Shown here: positions 7,301 to 22,700 of the stretch, one piece after another
Numbering within the stretch: position 1 is the first letter of the stretch
How the letters are laid out: the number at the start of each line of letters is the position of its first letter
NCBI GenBank assembly: GCA_043228905.1
Contig: JBHGNT010000057.1
Span: forward strand, 62,001 to 126,000
Source of the DNA: Azolla caroliniana
Lineage: Eukaryota; Plantae; Polypodiophyta
Length of the DNA: 64,000 bases
Direction: 5' to 3'
Notes under the pieces: generated by a model
Databases searched by the model: none
What the model saw: only the letters and a program-made list of their open reading frames with translations
Told to the model about the DNA's origin: nothing
Made by a program: the position numbers and the translations under genes

Positions 7301-10300
7301 TTTTAATTTACTCAAGGGCTCCTTTGAACTCCCTCCTCAAATTTGGTAATTTCGTCATGTATCTCGACCTGAGTTTCAAAATCTTCATTTTTTAATTCCA
7401 TATCATAGCTAGCGTTGTTAGCTTCAATTCGCATGTTTGAACACAAAAATCCGATATCACTCGAGCCAGGTATGAACATTTTAATTTACTCAAGGGCTCC
7501 TCTCAACTCCCTCCTCAAATTTGGTAATTTCGTCATGTCTCTCGACCTGAGTTTCAAAATCTTGATTTTTTAATTCCATATCATAGCTAGCGTTGTTAGC
7601 TTCGATTCGCATGTTTGAACACAAAAATCCGATATCACACGAGCCAGGTATGAACATTTTAATTTACTCAAGGGCTCCTCTCAACTCCCTGCTCAAATTT
7701 GGTAATTTCGTCATGTCTCTCGACCTGAGTTTCAAAATCTTGATTTTTTAATTCCATATCATAGCTAGCGTTGTTAGCTTCGATTCGCATGTTTGAACAC
7801 AAAAATCCGATATCACACGAGCCAGGTATGAACATATTTTAATTTACTCAAGGGCTCCTTTGAACTCCCTCCTCAAATGTGGTAATTTCGTCATGTCTCT
7901 CGACCTGAGTTTCAAAATCTTGATTTTTTAATTCCATATCATAGCTAGCGTTGTTAGCTTCGATTCGCATGTTTGAACACAAAAATCCGATATCACACGA
8001 GCCAGGTATGAACATTTTAATTTACTCAAGGGCTCCTTTGAACTCCCTCCTCAAATGTGGTAATTTCGTCATGTCTCTCGACCTGAGTTTCAAAATCTTG
8101 ATTTTTTAAGTCCATATCCTAGCTAGCGTTGTTAGCTTCGATTCGCAAGTTTGAACACAAAAATCCGATATCACACGAGCCAGGTATGAATATTTTAATT
8201 TACCTACTAGCTCTTCTCAAGTCCCTCCTCAAATTATGTAATTTCGTCATGTCTCTCGACCTGAGCTTCAAAATCTTGATTTTTTAATTCCATATCATAG
8301 CTAGCGTTGTTAGCTTCGATTCGCAAGTTTGAACACAAAAATCCGATATCACACGAGCCAGGTATGAACATTTTAATCTACTCAAGGGCTCTTCTCAACT
8401 CCCTGCTCAAATTTGGTAATTTCGTCATGTCTCTCGACCTGAGCTTCAAAATCTTGATTTTTTAATTCCATATCATAGCTAGCGTTGTTCGCTTCGATTC
8501 GCAAGTTTGAACACAAAAATCCGATATCACACGAGCCAGGTATGAACATATTTTAATTTACTCAAGGGCTCCTCTCAACTTAGTCCTCAAATTTGGTAAT
8601 TTCGTCATGTCTCTCGACCTGAGTTTTAAAATCTTGATTTTTTAATTCCATATCATAGCTAGCGTTGTTAGCTTCGATTCGCAAGTTTGAACACAAAAAT
8701 CCGATATCACACGAGCCAGGTACGAACATTTTCTAATTTACTCAAGGGCTCCTCTCAACTTAGTCCTCAAATTTGGTAATTTCGTCATGTCTCTCGACCT
8801 GAGTTTCAAAATCTTGATTTTTTAATTCCATATGATAGCTAGCGTTGTTAGCTTCGATTCGCATGTTTGAACACAAAAATCCGATATCACACGGCCAGGT
8901 ATGAACATTTTAATTTACTCAAGGGCTCCTCTCAACTCCCTCCTCAAATGTGGTAATTTCGTCATGTCTCTCGACCTGAGTTTCAAAATCTTGATTTTTT
9001 AATTCCATATCATAGCTAGCGTTGTTAGCTTCGATTCGCAAGTTTAACACAAAAATCCGATATCACACGAGCCAGGTACGAACATTTTAATTTACTTAAG
9101 GGCTCCTTTGAACTCCCTCCTCAAATGTGGTAATTTCGTCATGTCTCTCGACCTGAGTTTCAAAATCTTGATTTTTTAAGTCCATATCATAGCAAGCGTT
9201 GTTAGCTTCGATTCGCAAGTTTGAACACAAAAATCCGATATCACACCAGCCAGGTATGAACATTTTAATTTACCTACTAGCTCTTCTCAACTCATTCCTC
9301 AAATTTGGTAATTTCGTCATGTCTCTCGACCTGAGTTTTAAAATCTTGATTTTTTAATTCCATATCATAGCTAGCGTTGTTAGCTTCGATTCGCAAGTTT
9401 GAACACAAAAATCCGATATCACACGAGCCAGGTATGAACATTTTAATTTACCTACTAGCTCTTCTCAACTCATTCCTCAAATTTGGTAATTTCGTCATGT
9501 CTCTCGACCTGAGCTTCAAAATCTTGATTTTTTAATTCCATATCATAGCTAGCGTTGTTAGCTTCGATTCGCAAGTTTGAACACAAAAATCCGATATCAC
9601 ACGAGCCAGGTATGAACATATTTTAATTTACTCAAGGGCTCCTTTGAACTCCCTCCTCAAATGTGGTAATTTCGTCATGTCTCTCGACCTGAGTTTCAAA
9701 ATCTTCATTTTTTAATTCCATATCATAGCTAGCGTTGTTAGCTTCGATTCGCATGTTTGAACACAAAAATCCGATATCACACGAGCCAGGTATGAACATT
9801 TTAATTTACTCAAGGGCTCCTCTCAACTCCCTGCTCAAATTTGGTAATTTCGTCATGTCTCTCGACCTGAGTTTCAAAATCTTGATTTTTTAATTCCATA
9901 TCATAGCTAGCGTTGTTAGCTTCGATTCGCATGTTTGAACACAAAAATCCGATATCACACGAGCCAGGTATGAACATTTTAATTTACTCAAGGGTTCCTC
10001 TCAACTCCCTCCTCAAATTTGGTAATTTCGTCATGTCTCTCGACCTGAGTTTCAAAATCTTGATTTTTTAATTCCATATCATAGCTAGCGTTGTTAGCTT
10101 CGATTCGCATGTTTGAATACAAAAATCCGATATCACACGAGCCAGGTATGAACATTTTAATTTACTCAAGGGCTCCTTTGAACTCCCTCCTCAAATGTGG
10201 TAATTTCGTCATGTCTCTCGACCTGAGTTTCAAAATCTTGATTTTTTAAGTCCATATCATAGCTAGCGTTGTTAGCTTCGATTCGCAAGTTTGAACACAA

Positions 10301-10849
10301 AATTCCGATATCACACGAGCCAGGTATGAACATTTTAATTTACCTACTAGCTCTTCTCAACTCATTCCTCAAATTTGGTAATTTCGTCATGTCTCTCGAC
10401 CTGAGTTTTAAAATCTTGATTTTTTAATTCCATATCATAGCTAGCGTTGTTAGCTTCGATTCGCAAGTTTGAACACAAAAATCCGATATCACACGAGCCA
10501 GGTATGAACATTTTAATTTACCTACTAGCTCTTCTCAACTCATTCCTCAAATTTGGTAATTTCGTCATGTCTCTCGACTTGAGTTTAAAAATCTTGATTT
10601 TTTAATTCCATATCATAGCTAGCGTTGTTGGCTTCGATTCGCATGTTTGAACACAAAAAGCCGATATCACACGAGCCAGGTATGAACATTTTAATTTACT
10701 CAAGGGCTCCTCTCAACTCCCTGCTCAAATTTGGTAATTTCGTCATGTCTCTCGACCTGAGTTTCAAAATCTTGATTTTTTAATTCCATATCATAGCTAG
10801 CGTTGTTAGCTTCGATTCGCATGTTTGAACACATAAAACCGATATCACA

Positions 10850-13800
10850 CTCGCCAGGTATGAACATTTTAATTTACTCAAGGGTTCCTCTCAACTCCCT
10901 CCTCAAATTTGGTAATTTCGTCTTGTCTCTCGACCTGAGTTTCAAAATCTTGATTTTTTAATTCCATATCATAGCTAGCGTTGTTAGCTTCGATTCGCAT
11001 GTTTGAACACAAAAATCCGATATCACTCGAGCCAGGTATGAACATTTTAATTTACTCAAGGGTTCCTCTCAACGCCCTCCTCAAATTTGGTAATTTCGTC
11101 ATGTCTCTCGACCTGAGTTTCAAAATCTTGATTTTTTAATTCCTTATCATAGCTAGCGTTGTTAGCTTCGATTCGCATGTTTGAATACAAAAATCCGATA
11201 TCACACGAGCCAGGTATGAACATTTTAATTTACTCAAGGGCTCCTTTGAACTCCGTCCTCAAATGTGGTAATTTCGTCATGTCTCTCGACCTGAGTTTCA
11301 AAATCTTGATTTTTTAATTCCATATCATAGCTAGCGTTGTTGGCTTCGATTCGCATGTTTGAATACAAAAATCCGATATCACACGAGCCAGGTATGAACA
11401 TTTTAATTTACCTACTAGCTCTTCTCAACTCATTCCTCAAATTTGGTAATTTCGTCATGTCTCTCGACCTGAGTTTCAAAATCTTGATTTTTTAAGTCCA
11501 TATCATAGCTAGCGTTGTTAGCTTCGATTCGCAAGTTTGAACACAAAAATCCGATATCACACGAGCCAGGTATGAACATTTTAATTTACCTACTAGCTCT
11601 TCTCAACTCATTCCTCAAATTTGGTAATTTCGTCATGTCTCTCGACTTGAGTTTAAAAATCTTGATTTTTTAATTCCATATCATAGCTAGCGTTGTTGGC
11701 TTCGATTCGCATGTTTGAACACAAAAAGCCGATATCACACGAGCCAGGTATGAACATTTTAATTTACTCAAGGGCTCCTCTCAACTCCCTGCTCAAATTT
11801 GGTAATTTCGTCATGTCTCTCGACCTGAGTTTCAAAATCTTGATTTTTTAATTCCATATCATAGCTAGCGTTGTTAGCTTCGATTCGCATGTTTGAACAC
11901 ATAAAACCGATATCACACTCGCCAGGTATGAACATTTTAATTTACTCAAGGGTTCCTCTCAACTCCCTCCTCAAATTTGGTAATTTCGTCTTGTCTCTCG
12001 ACCTGAGTTTCAAAATCTTGATTTTTTAATTCCATATCATAGCTAGCGTTGTTAGCTTCGATTCGCATGTTTGAATACAAAAATCCGATATCACACGAGC
12101 CAGGTATGAACATTTTAATTTACTCAAGGGCTCCTTTGAACTCCCTCCTCAAATGTGGTAATTTCGTCATGTCTCTCGACCTGAGTTTCAAAATCTTGAT
12201 TTTTTAATTCCATATCATAGCTAGCGTTGTTGGCTTCGATTCGCATGTTTGAATACAAAAATCCGATATCACACGAGCCAGGTATGAACATTTTAATTTA
12301 CTCAAGGGCTCCTTTGAACTCCCTCCTCAAATTTGGTAATTTCGTCATGTATCTCGACCTGAGTTTCAAAATCTTCATTTTTTAATTCCATATCATAGCT
12401 AGCGTTGTTAGCTTCGATTCGCATGTTTGAACACAAAAATCCGATATCACACGAGCCAGGTATGAACATTTTAATTTACTCAAGGTCTCCTCTCAACTCC
12501 CTGCTCAAATTTGGTAATTTCGTCCTGTCTCTCGACTTGAGCTTCAAAATCTTGATTTTTTAATTCCATATCATAGCTAGCGTTGTTAGCTTCGATTCGC
12601 ATGTTTGAACACAAAAAACCGATATCACACGAGCCAGGTATGAACATATTTTAATTTACTCAAGGGCTCCTCTCAACTTAGTCCTCAAATTTGGTAATTT
12701 CGTCATGTCTCTCGACCTGAGTTTCAAAATCTTGATTTTTTAATTCCATATCATAGCTAGCGTTGTTAGCTTCGATTCGCATGTTTGAACACAAAAATCC
12801 GATATCACACGAGCCAGGTATGAACATTTTAATTTACTCAAGGGCTCCTCTCAACTCCCTGCTCAAATTTGGTAATTTCGTCATGTCTCTCGACCTGAGT
12901 TTCAAAATCTTGATTTTTTAATTCCATATCATAGCTAGCGTTGTTAGCTTCGATTCGCATGTTTGAACACAAAAATCCGATATTACACGAGCCAGGTATG
13001 AACATTTTAATTTACTCAAGGGTTCCTCTCAACTCCCTCCTCAAATTTGGTAATTTCGTCATGTCTCTCGACCTGAGTTTCAAAATCTTGATTTTTTAAT
13101 TCCATATCATAGCTAGCGTTGTTAGCTTCGATTCGCAAGTTTGAACACAAAATTCCGATATCACACGAGCCAGGTATGAACATTTTAATTTACCTACTAG
13201 CTCTTCTCAACTCATTCCTCAAATTTGGTAATTTCGTCATGTCTCTCGACCTGAGTTTTAAAATCTTGATTTTTTAATTCCATATCATAGCTAGCGTTGT
13301 TAGCTTCGATTCGCAAGTTTGAACACAAAAATCCGATATCACACTCGCCAGGTATGAACATTTTAATTTACTCAAGGGTTCCTCTCAACTCCCTCCTCAA
13401 ATTTGGTAATTTCGTCTTGTCTCTCGACCTGAGTTTCAAAATCTTGATTTTTTAATTCCATATCATAGCTAGCGTTGTTAGCTTCGATTCGCATGTTTGA
13501 ACACAAAAATCCGATATCACTCGAGCCAGGTATGAACATTTTAATTTACTCAAGGGTTCCTCTCAACGCCCTCCTCAAATTTGGTAATTTCGTCATGTCT
13601 CTCGACCTGAGTTTCAAAATCTTGATTTTTTAATTCCTTATCATAGCTAGCGTTGTTAGCTTCGATTCGCATGTTTGAATACAAAAATCCGATATCACAC
13701 GAGCCAGGTATGAACATTTTAATTTACTCAAGGGCTCCTTTGAACTCCGTCCTCAAATGTGGTAATTTCGTCATGTCTCTCGACCTGAGTTTCAAAATCT

Positions 13801-15800
13801 TGATTTTTTAATTCCATATCATAGCTAGCGTTGTTGGCTTCGATTCGCATGTTTGAATACAAAAATCCGATATCACACGAGCCAGGTATGAACATTTTAA
13901 TTTACCTACTAGCTCTTCTCAACTCATTCCTCAAATTTGGTAATTTCGTCATGTCTCTCGACCTGAGTTTCAAAATCTTGATTTTTTAAGTCCATATCAT
14001 AGCTAGCGTTGTTAGCTTCGATTCGCAAGTTTGAACACAAAAATCCGATATCACACGAGCCAGGTATGAACATTTTAATTTACCTACTAGCTCTTCTCAA
14101 CTCATTCCTCAAATTTGGTAATTTCGTCATGTCTCTCGACTTGAGTTTAAAAATCTTGATTTTTTAATTCCATATCATAGCTAGCGTTGTTGGCTTCGAT
14201 TCGCATGTTTGAACACAAAAAGCCGATATCACACGAGCCAGGTATGAACATTTTAATTTACTCAAGGGCTCCTCTCAACTCCCTGCTCAAATTTGGTAAT
14301 TTCGTCATGTCTCTCGACCTGAGTTTCAAAATCTTGATTTTTTAATTCCATATCATAGCTAGCGTTGTTAGCTTCGATTCGCATGTTTGAACACATAAAA
14401 CCGATATCACACTCGCCAGGTATGAACATTTTAATTTACTCAAGGGTTCCTCTCAACTCCCTCCTCAAATTTGGTAATTTCGTCTTGTCTCTCGACCTGA
14501 GTTTCAAAATCTTGATTTTTTAATTCCATATCATAGCTAGCGTTGTTAGCTTCGATTCGCATGTTTGAATACAAAAATCCGATATCACACGAGCCAGGTA
14601 TGAACATTTTAATTTACTCAAGGGCTCCTTTGAACTCCCTCCTCAAATGTGGTAATTTCGTCATGTCTCTCGACCTGAGTTTCAAAATCTTGATTTTTTA
14701 ATTCCATATCATAGCTAGCGTTGTTGGCTTCGATTCGCATGTTTGAATACAAAAATCCGATATCACACGAGCCAGGTATGAACATTTTAATTTACTCAAG
14801 GGCTCCTTTGAACTCCCTCCTCAAATTTGGTAATTTCGTCATGTATCTCGACCTGAGTTTCAAAATCTTCATTTTTTAATTCCATATCATAGCTAGCGTT
14901 GTTAGCTTCGATTCGCATGTTTGAACACAAAAATCCGATATCACACGAGCCAGGTATGAACATTTTAATTTACTCAAGGTCTCCTCTCAACTCCCTGCTC
15001 AAATTTGGTAATTTCGTCCTGTCTCTCGACTTGAGCTTCAAAATCTTGATTTTTTAATTCCATATCATAGCTAGCGTTGTTAGCTTCGATTCGCATGTTT
15101 GAACACAAAAAACCGATATCACACGAGCCAGGTATGAACATATTTTAATTTACTCAAGGGCTCCTCTCAACTTAGTCCTCAAATTTGGTAATTTCGTCAT
15201 GTCTCTCGACCTGAGTTTCAAAATCTTGATTTTTTAATTCCATATCATAGCTAGCGTTGTTAGCTTCGATTCGCATGTTTGAACACAAAAATCCGATATC
15301 ACACGAGCCAGGTATGAACATTTTAATTTACTCAAGGGCTCCTCTCAACTCCCTGCTCAAATTTGGTAATTTCGTCATGTCTCTCGACCTGAGTTTCAAA
15401 ATCTTGATTTTTTAATTCCATATCATAGCTAGCGTTGTTAGCTTCGATTCGCATGTTTGAACACAAAAATCCGATATTACACGAGCCAGGTATGAACATT
15501 TTAATTTACTCAAGGGTTCCTCTCAACTCCCTCCTCAAATTTGGTAATTTCGTCATGTCTCTCGACCTGAGTTTCAAAATCTTGATTTTTTAATTCCATA
15601 TCATAGCTAGCGTTGTTAGCTTCGATTCGCAAGTTTGAACACAAAATTCCGATATCACACGAGCCAGGTATGAACATTTTAATTTACCTACTAGCTCTTC
15701 TCAACTCATTCCTCAAATTTGGTAATTTCGTCATGTCTCTCGACCTGAGTTTTAAAATCTTGATTTTTTAATTCCATATCATAGCTAGCGTTGTTAGCTT
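10850..15800. repeat. Tandem duplication of a 14-monomer block (2494 bp); boundaries approximate
   Basis: Private variants AACGCCCTCC (11071, 13565) and TCCTTATCAT (11141, 13635) recur exactly 2494 bp apart. Confidence 0.8.
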
Positions 15801-18800
15801 CGATTCGCAAGTTTGAACACAAAAATCCGATATCACACGAGCCAGGTATGAACATTTTAATTTACCTACTAGCTCTTCTCAACTCATTCCTCAAATTTGG
15901 TAATTTCGTCATGTCTCTCGACTTGAGTTTAAAAATCTTGATTTTTTAATTCCATATCATAGCTAGCGTTGTTGGCTTCGATTCGCATGTTTGAACACAA
16001 AAAGCCGATATCACACGAGCCAGGTATGAACATTTTAATTTACTCAAGGGCTCCTCTCAACTCCCTGCTCAAATTTGGTTATTTCGTCATGTCTCTCGAC
16101 CTGAGTTTCAAAATCTTGATTTTTTAATTCCATATCATAGCTAGCGTTGTTAGCTTCGATTCGCATGTTTGAACACATAAAACCGATATCACACTCGCCA
16201 GGTATGAACATTTTAATTTACTCAAGGGTTCCTCTCAACTCCCTCCTCAAATTTGGTAATTTCGTCTTGTCTCTCGACCTGAGTTTCAAAATCTTGATTT
16301 TTTAATTCCATATCATAGCTAGCGTTGTTAGCTTCGATTCGCATGTTTGAATACAAAAATCCGATATCACACGAGCCAGGTATGAACATTTTAATTTACT
16401 CAAGGGCTCCTTTGAACTCCCTCCTCAAATGTGGTAATTTCGTCATGTCTCTCGACCTGAGTTTCAAAATCTTGATTTTTTAATTCCATATCATAGCTAG
16501 CGTTGTTGGCTTCGATTCGCATGTTTGAATACAAAAATCCGATATCACACGAGCCAGGTATGAACATTTTAATTTACTCAAGGGCTCCTTTGAACTCCCT
16601 CCTCAAATTTGGTAATTTCGTCATGTATCTCGACCTGAGTTTCAAAATCTTCATTTTTTAATTCCATATCATAGCTAGCGTTGTTAGCTTCGATTCGCAT
16701 GTTTGAACACAAAAATCCGATATCACACGAGCCAGGTATGAACATTTTAATTTACTCAAGGTCTCCTCTCAACTCCCTGCTCAAATTTGGTAATTTCGTC
16801 CTGTCTCTCGACTTGAGCTTCAAAATCTTGATTTTTTAATTCCATATCATAGCTAGCGTTGTTAGCTTCGATTCGCATGTTTGAACACAAAAAACCGATA
16901 TCACACGAGCCAGGTATGAACATATTTTAATTTACTCAAGGGCTCCTCTCAACTTAGTCCTCAAATTTGGTAATTTCGTCATGTCTCTCGACCTGAGTTT
17001 CAAAATCTTGATTTTTTAATTCCATATCATAGCTAGCGTTGTTAGCTTCGATTCGCAAGTTTGAACACAAAAATCCGATATCACACGAGCTAGGTATGAA
17101 CATATTTTAATTTACTCAAGGGCTCCTCTCAACTTAGTCCTCAAATTTGGTAATTTCGTCATGTATCTCGACCTGAGTTTCAAAATCTTGATTTTTTAAT
17201 TCCATATCATAGCTAGCGTTGTTGGCTTCGATTCGCATGTTTGAATACAAAAATCCGATATCACACGAGCCAGGTATGAACATTTTAATTTACTCAAGGG
17301 CTCCTTTGAACTCCCTCCTCAAATTTGGTAATTTCGTCATGTATCTCGACCTGAGTTTCAAAATCTTCATTTTTTAATTCCATATCATAGCTAGCGTTGT
17401 TAGCTTCGATTCGCATGTTTGAACACAAAAATCCGATATCACACGAGCCAGGTATGAACATTTTAATTTACTCAAGGTCTCCTCTCAACTCCCTGCTCAA
17501 ATTTGGTAATTTCGTCCTGTCTCTCGACTTGAGCTTCAAAATCTTGATTTTTTAATTCCATATCATAGCTAGCGTTGTTAGCTTCGATTCGCATGTTTGA
17601 ACACAAAAAACCGATATCACACGAGCCAGGTATGAACATATTTTAATTTACTCAAGGGCTCCTCTCAACTTAGTCCTCAAATTTGGTAATTTCGTCATGT
17701 CTCTCGACCTGAGTTTCAAAATCTTGATTTTTTAATTCCATATCATAGCTAGCGTTGTTAGCTTCGATTCGCATGTTTGAACACAAAAATCCGATATCAC
17801 ACGAGCCAGGTATGAACATTTTAATTTACTCAAGGGCTCCTCTCAACTCCCTGCTCAAATTTGGTAATTTCGTCATGTCTCTCGACCTGAGTTTCAAAAT
17901 CTTGATTTTTTAATTCCATATCATAGCTAGCGTTGTTAGCTTTGATTCGCATGTTTGAACACAAAAATCCGATATTACACGAGCCAGGTATGAACATTTT
18001 AATTTACTCAAGGGTTCCTCTCAACTCCCTCCTCAAATTTGGTAATTTCGTCATGTCTCTCGACCTGAGTTTCAAAATCTTGATTTTTTAATTCCATATC
18101 ATAGCTAGCGTTGTTAGCTTCGATTCGCAAGTTTGAACACAAAATTCCGATATCACACGAGCCAGGTATGAACATTTTAATTTACCTACTAGCTCTTCTC
18201 AACTCATTCCTCAAATTTGGTAATTTCGTCATGTCTCTCGACCTGAGTTTTAAAATCTTGATTTTTTAATTCCATATCATAGCTAGCGTTGTTAGCTTCG
18301 ATTCGCAAGTTTGAACACAAAAATCCGATATCACACGAGCCAGGTATGAACATTTTAATTTACCTACTAGCTCTTCTCAACTCATTCCTCAAATTTGGTA
18401 ATTTCGTCATGTCTCTCGACTTGAGTTTAAAAATCTTGATTTTTTAATTCCATATCATAGCTAGCGTTGTTGGCTTCGATTCGCATGTTTGAACACAAAA
18501 AGCCGATATCACACGAGCCAGGTATGAACATTTTAATTTACTCAAGGGCTCCTCTCAACTCCCTGCTCAAATTTGGTTATTTCGTCATGTCTCTCGACCT
18601 GAGTTTCAAAATCTTGATTTTTTAATTCCATATCATAGCTAGCGTTGTTAGCTTCGATTCGCATGTTTGAACACATAAAACCGATATCACACTCGCCAGG
18701 TATGAACATTTTAATTTACTCAAGGGTTCCTCTCAACTCCCTCCTCAAATTTGGTAATTTCGTCTTGTCTCTCGACCTGAGTTTCAAAATCTTGATTTTT

Positions 18801-19700
18801 TAATTCCATATCATAGCTAGCGTTGTTAGCTTCGATTCGCATGTTTGAATACAAAAATCCGATATCACACGAGCCAGGTATGAACATTTTAATTTACTCA
18901 AGGGCTCCTTTGAACTCCCTCCTCAAATGTGGTAATTTCGTCATGTCTCTCGACCTGAGTTTCAAAATCTTGATTTTTTAATTCCATATCATAGCTAGCG
19001 TTGTTGGCTTCGATTCGCATGTTTGAATACAAAAATCCGATATCACACGAGCCAGGTATGAACATTTTAATTTACTCAAGGGCTCCTTTGAACTCCCTCC
19101 TCAAATTTGGTAATTTCGTCATGTATCTCGACCTGAGTTTCAAAATCTTCATTTTTTAATTCCATATCATAGCTAGCGTTGTTAGCTTCGATTCGCATGT
19201 TTGAACACAAAAATCCGATATCACACGAGCCAGGTATGAACATTTTAATTTACTCAAGGTCTCCTCTCAACTCCCTGCTCAAATTTGGTAATTTCGTCCT
19301 GTCTCTCGACTTGAGCTTCAAAATCTTGATTTTTTAATTCCATATCATAGCTAGCGTTGTTAGCTTCGATTCGCATGTTTGAACACAAAAAACCGATATC
19401 ACACGAGCCAGGTATGAACATATTTTAATTTACTCAAGGGCTCCTCTCAACTTAGTCCTCAAATTTGGTAATTTCGTCATGTCTCTCGACCTGAGTTTCA
19501 AAATCTTGATTTTTTAATTCCATATCATAGCTAGCGTTGTTAGCTTCGATTCGCAAGTTTGAACACAAAAATCCGATATCACACGAGCTAGGTATGAACA
19601 TATTTTAATTTACTCAAGGGCTCCTCTCAACTTAGTCCTCAAATTTGGTAATTTCGTCATGTATCTCGACCTGAGTTTCAAAATCTTGATTTTTTAATTC
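14700..19700. repeat. Tandem duplication of a second 14-monomer block (2498 bp), overlapping the previous one; boundaries approximate
   Basis: Variants TTTGGTTATT (GGTT at 16077, 18575) and GAGCTAGG (T at 17091, 19589) recur 2498 bp apart. Confidence 0.75.
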
Positions 19701-22700
19701 CATATGATAGCTAGCGTTGTTAGCTTCGATTCGCATGTTTGAACACAAAAATCCGATATCACACGAGCCAGGTATGAACATTTTAATTTACCTACTAGCT
19801 CTTCTCAAGTCCCTCCTCAAATTATGTAATTTCATCATGTCTCTCGACCTGAGCTTCAAAATCTTGATTTTTTAATTCCATATCATAGCTAGCGTTGTTA
19901 GCTTCGATTCGCAAGTTTGAACACAAAAATCCGATATCACACGAGCCAGGTATGAACATTTTAATTTACTCAAGGGCTCCTCTCAACTCCCTGCTCAAAT
20001 TTGGTAATTTCGTCATGTCTCTCGACCTGAGCTTCAAAATCTTGATTTTTTAATTCCATATCATAGCTAGCGTTGTTAGCTTCGATTCGCAAGTTTGAAC
20101 ACAAAAATCCGATATCACACGAGCTAGGTATGAACATATTTTAATTTAATCAAGGGCTCCTCTCAACTTAGTCCTCAAATTTGGTAATTTCGTCATGTCT
20201 CTCGACCTGAGCTTCAAAATCTTGATTTTTTAATTCCATATCATAGCTAGCGTTGTTAGCTTCGATTCGCATGTTTGAACACAAAAATCCGATATCACAC
20301 GAGCCAGGTATGAACATTTTAATTTACTCAAGGGCTCCTCTCAACTCCCTGCTCAAATTTGGTAATTTCGTCATGTCTCTCGACCTGAGTTTCAAAATCT
20401 TGATTTTTTAATTCCATATCATAGCTAGCGTTGTTAGCTTCGATTCGCATGTTTGAACACAAAAATCCGATATTACACGAGCCAGGTATGAACATTTTAA
20501 TTTACTCAAGGGTTCCTCTCAACTCCCTCCTCAAATTTGGTAATTTCGTCATGTCTCTCGACCTGAGTTTCAAAATCTTAATTTTTTAATTCCATATCAT
20601 AGCTAGCGTTGTTAGCTTCGATTCGCATGTTTGAATACAAAAATCCGATATCACACGAGCCAGGTATGAACATTTTAATTTACTCAAGGGCTCCTTTGAA
20701 CTCCCTCCTCAAATGTGGTAATTTCGTCATGTCTCTCGACCTGAGTTTCAAAATCTTGATTTTTCAAGTCCATATCATAGCTAGCGTTGTTAGCTTCGAT
20801 TCGCAAGTTTGAACACAAAAATCCGATATCACACGAGCCAGGTATGAACATTTTAATTTACCTACTAGCTCTTCTCAACTCATTCCTCAAATTTGGTAAT
20901 TTCGTCATGTCTCTCGACCTGAGTTTTAAAATCTTGATTTTTTAATTCCATATCATAGCTAGCGTTGTTAGCTTCGATTCACAAATTTGAACACAAAAAT
21001 CCGATATCACACGAGCCAGGTATGAACATTTTAATTTACCTACTAGCTCTTCTCAACTCATTCCTCAAATTTGGTAATTTCGTCATGTCTCTCGACTTGA
21101 GTTTTAAAATCTTGATTTTTTAATTCCATATCATAGCTAGCGTTGTTGGCTTCGATTCGCATGTTTGAACACAAAAAGCCGATATCACACGAGCCAGGTA
21201 TGAACATTTTAATTTACTCAAGGGCTCCTCTCAACTCCCTGCTCAAATTAGGTAATTTCGTCATGTCTCTCGACCTGAGTTTCAAAATCTTGATTTTTTA
21301 ATTCCATATCATAGCTAGCGTTGTTAGCTTCGATTCGCATGTTTGAACACAAAAAACCGATATCACACTCGCCAGGTATGAACATTTTAATTTACTCAAG
21401 GGTTCCTCTCAACTCCCTCCTCAAATTTGGTAATTTCGTCTTGTCTCTCGACCTGAGTTTCAAAATCTTGATTTTTTAATTCCATATGATAGCTAGCGTT
21501 GTTAGCTTCGATTCGCATGTTTGAACACAAAAATCCGATATCACACGAGCCAGGTATGAACATTTTAATTTACTCAAGGGCTCCTTTGAACTCCCTCCTC
21601 AAATGTGGTAATTTCGTCATGTCTCTCGACCTGAGTTTCAAAATCTTGATTTTTTAAGTCCATATCATAGCTAGCGTTGTTAGCTTCGATTCGCAAGTTT
21701 GAACACAAAAATCCGATATCACACGAGCCAGGTATGAACATTTTAATTTACCTACTAGCTCTTCTCAACTCATTCCTCAAATTTGGTAATTTCGTCATGT
21801 CTCTCGACTTGAGTTTAAAAATCTTGATTTTTTAATTCCATATGATAGCTAGCGTTGTTAGCTTCGATTCGCATGTTTGAACACAAAAATCCGATATCAC
21901 ACGAGCCAGGTATGAACATTTTAATTTACTCAAGGGCTCCTTTGAACTCCCTCCTCAAATGTGGTAATTTCGTCATGTCTCTCGACCTGAGTTTCAAAAT
22001 CTTGATTTTTTAATTCCATATCATAGCTAGCGTTGTTAGCTTCGATTCGCATTTTTGAACACAAAAATCCGATATCACACTCGCCAGGTATGAACATTTT
22101 AATTTACTCAAGGGTTCCTCTCAACTCCCTCCTCAAATTTGGTAATTTCGTCATGTCTCTCGACCTGAGTTTCAAAATCTTGATTTTTTAATTCCATATG
22201 ATAGCTAGCGTTGTTAGCTTCGATTCGCTAGGTGGAACACAAAAATCCGATATCACACGAGCCAGGTATGAACATTTTAATTTACCTACTAGCTCTTCTC
22301 AACTCCCTCCTCAAATTATGTAATTTCGTCATGTCTCTCGACCTGAGCTTCAAAATCTTGATTTTTTAATTCCATATCATAGCTAGCGTTGTTAGCTTCG
22401 ATTCGCAAGTTTGAACACAAAAATCCGATATCACACGAGCCAGGTATGAACATATTTTAATTTACACAAGGGCTCCTCTCAAGTCCCTCCTCAAATTTGG
22501 TAATTTCGTCATGTCTCTCGACCTGAGCTTCAAAATCTTGATTTTTTAATTCCATATCATAGCTAGCGTTGTTAGATTCGATTCGCAAGTTTGAACACAA
22601 AAATCCGATATCACACGAGCCAGGTATGAACATATTTTAATTTACTGAAGGGCTCCTCTCAACTTAGTCCTCAAATTTGGTAATTTCGTCATGTCTCTCG

